Positions 57,721-64,000 of a DNA stretch of 64,000 bases are shown piece by piece. A model generated the notes under the pieces. That model was not told the origin of the DNA, made no database searches, and saw only the letters and a program-made list of their open reading frames with translations. Origin of the DNA: Eledone cirrhosa (taxonomy: Eukaryota). The number at the start of each line of letters is the position of its first letter. The stretch's first letter is position 1. The position numbers were made by a program, and so were the translations under genes. The stretch lies in assembly GCA_964016885.1 (NCBI GenBank), contig OZ024749.1, positions 7,564,001-7,628,000 on the forward strand, written 5' to 3'.

Positions 57721-58641
57721 TAGGGTGAATATGAAGGAGTGATGTTAGAGCTGTGAAATCACGCATTAATTTCAATTCCTCTTATTAATAACTGCCTCAT
57801 TTGGTCAGTATATGAGAGCGTCTTGGTCAGCCTATGAACATTTCTGTATGTATGTGTGTATGTGTATATATGTATGTGTGTGTATGCGTATATATATATA
57901 TATATATATATAGTAGTGTTAGGAATACCTATACATGGTGTACGTGCTCTACTCCAGCACTCCTACATTGACACTACCCCCCCCCCCCGTTTGTGTTCCA
58001 CTATAACCCATTGTCCACAACATCCACAATTTATCGCTTGTTTCCACTCCAGCTCCACCTTCTTTCTGATAAACGAGATGCGTCCGAAACTCTAATTGTA
58101 CCATTAATAAAATATTGTAGTTTGCTTGTACCATTGTATATAATATATAATGTGGAAAGTGATTTAAGGCTAAACAATACAAAATGGACGATGAGATGAA
58201 AATAATAAAAAAAAAAGTAAGTTACCTGGTAATCTTTGTATGTATTTTGTTGTTGTTGTTGCTGTTGTTTCTTTCTTAAGGCTGCACTTACAAGGGCAGA
58301 GGTCAGCCTGAACATTCAATGTATATTACTTTAGATTAACAGAGACACTAGCGCCGTAGCTCATATTATGTAAATCACTATACATTCTCTGAAGCCCTTT
58401 AAATACCTGGGATTTCACATATAACCCGATGTTTATATTATATGGGCCAACAACACCTCTTTATGGAACTTCCAGGGTTCTCTGGAGAATACATTTTTAA
58501 ATATTTATCATATTTTGCTTTTTCCTGACTCCCCCTCGCCATTACATTTAAAGCACACACATACCCATACGTACACATGCACTCACGCACAAACATACAC
58601 ACATACAGATACAAACATGCACACACACACACACACACATT

Positions 58642-58727
<86 letters not shown>

Positions 58728-58977
58728 TGTAGTTGTAGAGAGATCGATATATATATATATAATATATATATATATTTGTGTATGTGGGTGTGTGTTTATA
58801 TATCAATATATATACACACGTCCATATTTGTATATATATATATATATACATAAATCTGAATACATATATATGTATATATGTACGTATGTATGTATGTTTG
58901 TACGTATGTACGAATGTATGGATGTATCTACATATGCTTGGCTATACTTATGTATGTATGTATTTATTAATGTAAAT

Positions 58978-59028
<51 letters not shown>

Positions 59029-59108
59029 TTTATATATATATATATATAATATGTATATATATATATATACATACATATAAACACACATAGACGCACACAT
59101 GCTTTATG

Positions 59109-59159
<51 letters not shown>

Positions 59160-59163
59160 CATA

Positions 59164-59199
<36 letters not shown>

Positions 59200-59771
59200 T
59201 GTATGTATGTATGTATGAACATACGTATGTATGTACATACGTACGTATGTACGTACGTATGTATGTATGTATAAGACATCAGCTAACATCGGTGTATATA
59301 GTTTACTCATATTTCTTTATATATATCAATTTATGAAGCACACAAACATTCTGCAAGTGTAAATGTATGGAAAGTAGGGCCATATTAATGTGTACTGTAA
59401 ATTGATGTGAAATTCCTATAAAAACCATATCAATTTTATAAAGTATGAAAGCCTATCTACAAATCTGGAGTAATAAAATATTACGCCATAATAAGATGTA
59501 TGAAAGCTGTATTATGATATATATATAATACAGCTCTATAGGAAATATGTTTGCAGATTTCCTGAAGAATGTTGTGAATGCGGTGAAGCTACCGTCAGTG
59601 TAATATGTTAGAATTGATACGATTAAAGACATGCCTCACCAGTGTCGTCTGTTGTCGCTATCTCAATTGCGATCCTACAATCTTCTCATCTGTGTAAGGC
59701 AATGTCAGAGATGCCTTATATTATCAACGCCTGTTTTCTCCTTATCATCTCCTAAATCGTTGTTGCGTTGC

Positions 59772-60942
<1,171 letters not shown>

Positions 60943-61467
60943 CATTTAGTACCCAATACGTAAACCCCGTCTCTGATCTTGTTACTCTTTAACATGTTAA
61001 TTCATTCCTTCATCTTTTATTCCTATCTCTATTTTGTTTCCTGTTTTCATTATCCAACGATTTAACAGCTTTTCTGAAAATTTAAAGAGACCCTTCCCCA
61101 TATATCTAGATTTAAATGATCCCTATTATGTTGCGTTGTAATAACACCTAGGGTTTAGGATGTACGTCTCTCAATCGTGTGGTTTTTGTTTCGATCCCCT
61201 CCGATTAAGTGTCGTGTTGCTTTGTATAGGAAAGTTCTACTGGTTTGCTACCCCCTAGTTGTGAGCCCTTTAATTTTTGATATATTTTTCTTTGTTATTT
61301 TAATTATGAACCTTTGCAGGAATATGACAGATAGGAAATGCTTTGGATATGTGCGTACGTAAACTTTAAATTGTTACAGATGGAGATATGTATATATAAA
61401 TAAATATACAAACACACACACATGTTGTATTCTAGAGAGCAGTATAATACTTATATATATATATTAA

Positions 61468-61890
61468 TATATTGTTATACTTGGGGAGGGTCATATTGTT
61501 GTAATAATATGGCCAGAATTAATAACAGAACACACTCACTGTTTGGTTGGTTTTCGCTTCTGTATCTTTTATATCAGTTAATTCATTCGGTCCTCAATGT
61601 TTACCATTGACTAACCAACGGTCAAAAATACAGATATAATATAGATATATATACACACATATATATATAGTCTAACAAATTTCTTTCGTTGCACATCTGC
61701 AACACCGTCAATATCTATATTATATCTGTATTTTTGCCCGTTGGTCAGTCAATGGTAAATATTGAGGACCGAATGAATTAACTGATATAAAAGATACAGA
61801 AGCGAAAACCCACCAAACAGTGAGTGTTTCTGTTATTAATTCTGGCCATATTATTACAACAATATGACCCTCCCCAAGTATAACGATATT
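61468..61890. mobile_element. Fold-back PLE 3' end (YVDD lineage) with decayed HHR in the spacer
   Basis: 61468-61636 is the reverse complement of about 61722-61890. The spacer on minus reads TTGACGG-T-GTTGCA-GATG-TGCAAC-GAAAG. Confidence 0.85.
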
Positions 61891-61929
61891 TGTTTCGACA
61901 CACGATTTCATATAAAAAAACCTCGCAAA

Positions 61930-61989
<60 letters not shown>

Positions 61990-61992
<3 letters not shown>

Positions 61993-62424
61993 GAAGTTAT
62001 ATTTAATTTGTTGGGATACAACAAGCAAATATTTTTATAACTGATATAAAGCACTCAACAAATAATTGGAGTAAAAATACGATAGTAACAAATGGAAACT
62101 ATATTTATAAAACCATATTTATTTCATTATACATATTTCAAGGGCACCAAGTTAAATTATGGTGTGCTTTCATCAGATAAAATATAATATAGAGCAGTTT
62201 TATCAATAAATATTGACATACCCTTAAAGAATGCGACCATTACCGTTGAGCTTCCAACAGTAATGGTCGCATTCTTTAAGGGTATGTCAATATTTATTTA
62301 TAAAACTGCTCTATATTATATTTTATCTGATGAAAGCACACCATAATTTAAATTGGTGTCCTTGAAATATGTATAATGAAATAAATATGGTTTTATAAAT
62401 ATAGTTTCCATTTGTTAATATCGT
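61990..62424. mobile_element. Fold-back PLE 3' end: hairpin 62078-62424 with HHRs at 62123-62181 (-) and 62322-62380 (+)
   Basis: About 170-bp arms with an about 6-nt loop at 62249. TTTAT-CTGATGA-AAG-CACACCA..TGGTGT-CCTT-GAAAT-ATGT-ATA-ATGAA. Homologous to 31073-31320. Confidence 0.88.
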
Positions 62425-62445
62425 GTATGTATATATATATATATA

Positions 62446-62476
<31 letters not shown>

Positions 62477-62993
62477 TTATATGTATATATATATACGAAG
62501 GAGAAGTTGGCCTGTCCTGACCCGGATACGATTGCGAGCTGGAATGGCTCTTCCAGCGCGTCTCCCTCATCATCCTTCGGGGAAGCTCCTTCTCTAGTCT
62601 GTTCGGCCAGCGCGTGGGCCCCCATTTACTCACAATAGTGAGAGATGGAATAAGCGGGAGAGATGCCAGACAGTCGGAGCATGGTTCTCTTATTTATCAT
62701 TTTCAATCTTCATTACATATATACATTTTCTGTGCCCGGATAACTTATGTAATTTACTATATAAGCCCCCCCCCCCAAAAAAAAAAAAAAACTCCCCGAA
62801 ACTGTAACACCATTACTACTATCAACAGAGGAGAAACACTGACACAGCAGCAACAACAAACAGCAACAAAAACCGCAATAACAACAACGACATTAACCAC
62901 AGCAATAACAGCAACCACAGTAATAACAACAAAACAACACCAACAAAAACAAATGCAACACTTTTTTAAAAGCCATAACTACAAGAATTCAAT

Positions 62994-63783
62994 ATTATGT
63001 TCTCCCGCCGAGGTTAACTTTGCCTTTCATCCTTACGGGGTCGATAAAATAAGGTACCAGTAATGTACTGGTGAATTTGCTGGCCTTGTGCCAATAGTAG
63101 AAACAATTATGTTCTCCCGCCAAGGTTAACTTTGCCTTTCATCCTTACGGGGTCGATAAAATAAAGTACCAGTAATGTACTGTGGATTTGCTGGCCTTGT
63201 GCCAATAGTACAAACAATTATGTTCTCCCGCCGAGGTTAACTTTGCCTTTCATCCTTACGGGGTCGATAAAATAAAGTACCAGTAATGTACTGTGGATTT
63301 GCTGGCCTTGTGCCAATAGTACAAACAATTATGTTCTCCCGCCGAGGTTAACTTTGCCTTTCATCCTTACGGGATCGATAAAATAAAGTACCAGTAATGT
63401 ACTGGTGAATTTGCTGGCCTTGTGCCAATAGTAGAAACAATTATGTTCTCCCGCCAAGGTTAACTTTGCCTTTCATCCTTACGGGGTCGATAAAATAAAG
63501 TACCAGTAATGTACTGTGGATTTGCTGGCCTTGTGCCAATAGTACAAACAATTATGTTCTCCCGCCGAGGTTAACTTTGCCTTTCATCCTTACGGGGTCG
63601 ATAAAATAAAGTACCAGTAATGTACTGTGGATTTGCTGGCCTTGTGCCAATAGTACAAACAATTATGTTCTCCCGCCGAGGTTAACTTTGCTTTCATCCT
63701 TACGGGGTCGATAAAATAAAGTACCAGTAATGCACTGGATAATTGCTGGCCTTGTGCCTAATGTAGAAACAATTATATTCTCC
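62994..63783 (+). repeat. Tandem array of 7 SINE 3'-half units (111-112 bp)
   Basis: Units start at 63001, 63113, 63224, 63335, 63447, 63558 and 63669. Confidence 0.95.
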
Positions 63784-64000
63784 TCCATATTTATTTCTTC
63801 CTATATTAATTACCTTTCTATCTTACCTTCATTAATTATTTCATTCTTACAACCTTCCCCTCTCCTTCACTCTCTACATATTCCCCAGCTCTCTCTTCCC
63901 TTCCTCTCCACCTCACTACACCTCTCCCCTCTCATCCACACCTCACCCTTCACATTGTTCTCTCCGCTCCGCCCCGCTCCACACGACTTCTCCCCCACTC

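Noticed and set aside
62994-63783. CRISPR-like regular array
   Set aside because: No unique spacers, the units are SINE halves, and the context is eukaryotic with no cas genes.

Overview
Repeat-saturated, AT-rich eukaryotic DNA. The SINE families resemble those of octopod cephalopods (inference). I recognise no host exon, and nearly all ORF-track entries are translations of (TA)n, (CA)n or (GA)n microsatellites. The real content is: (i) Penelope-like retroelements (PLEs) of two lineages, one with a YRDD RT, CxC-x5-C-x5-C linker and GIY-YIG (probably Naiad-like), the other with a YVDD RT and GIY-YIG; (ii) tRNA-derived SINEs, RTE and L1/Tx1 LINE fragments, and one non-autonomous Helitron-like element; (iii) about 25 loci carrying type-I hammerhead ribozyme (HHR) motifs, read by eye. 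Most HHRs have palindromic stem III and sit in fold-back (inverted-repeat) mini-elements inside (TA)n arrays. The most striking signals are a set of 'half-hammerhead' palindromes whose inversion point is the apex of HHR stem II, HHR cores with compensatory U3-A8 variation, and two different SINE variants at mirror positions in the two arms of one palindrome. Coordinates were counted by hand and may be off by a few bases.
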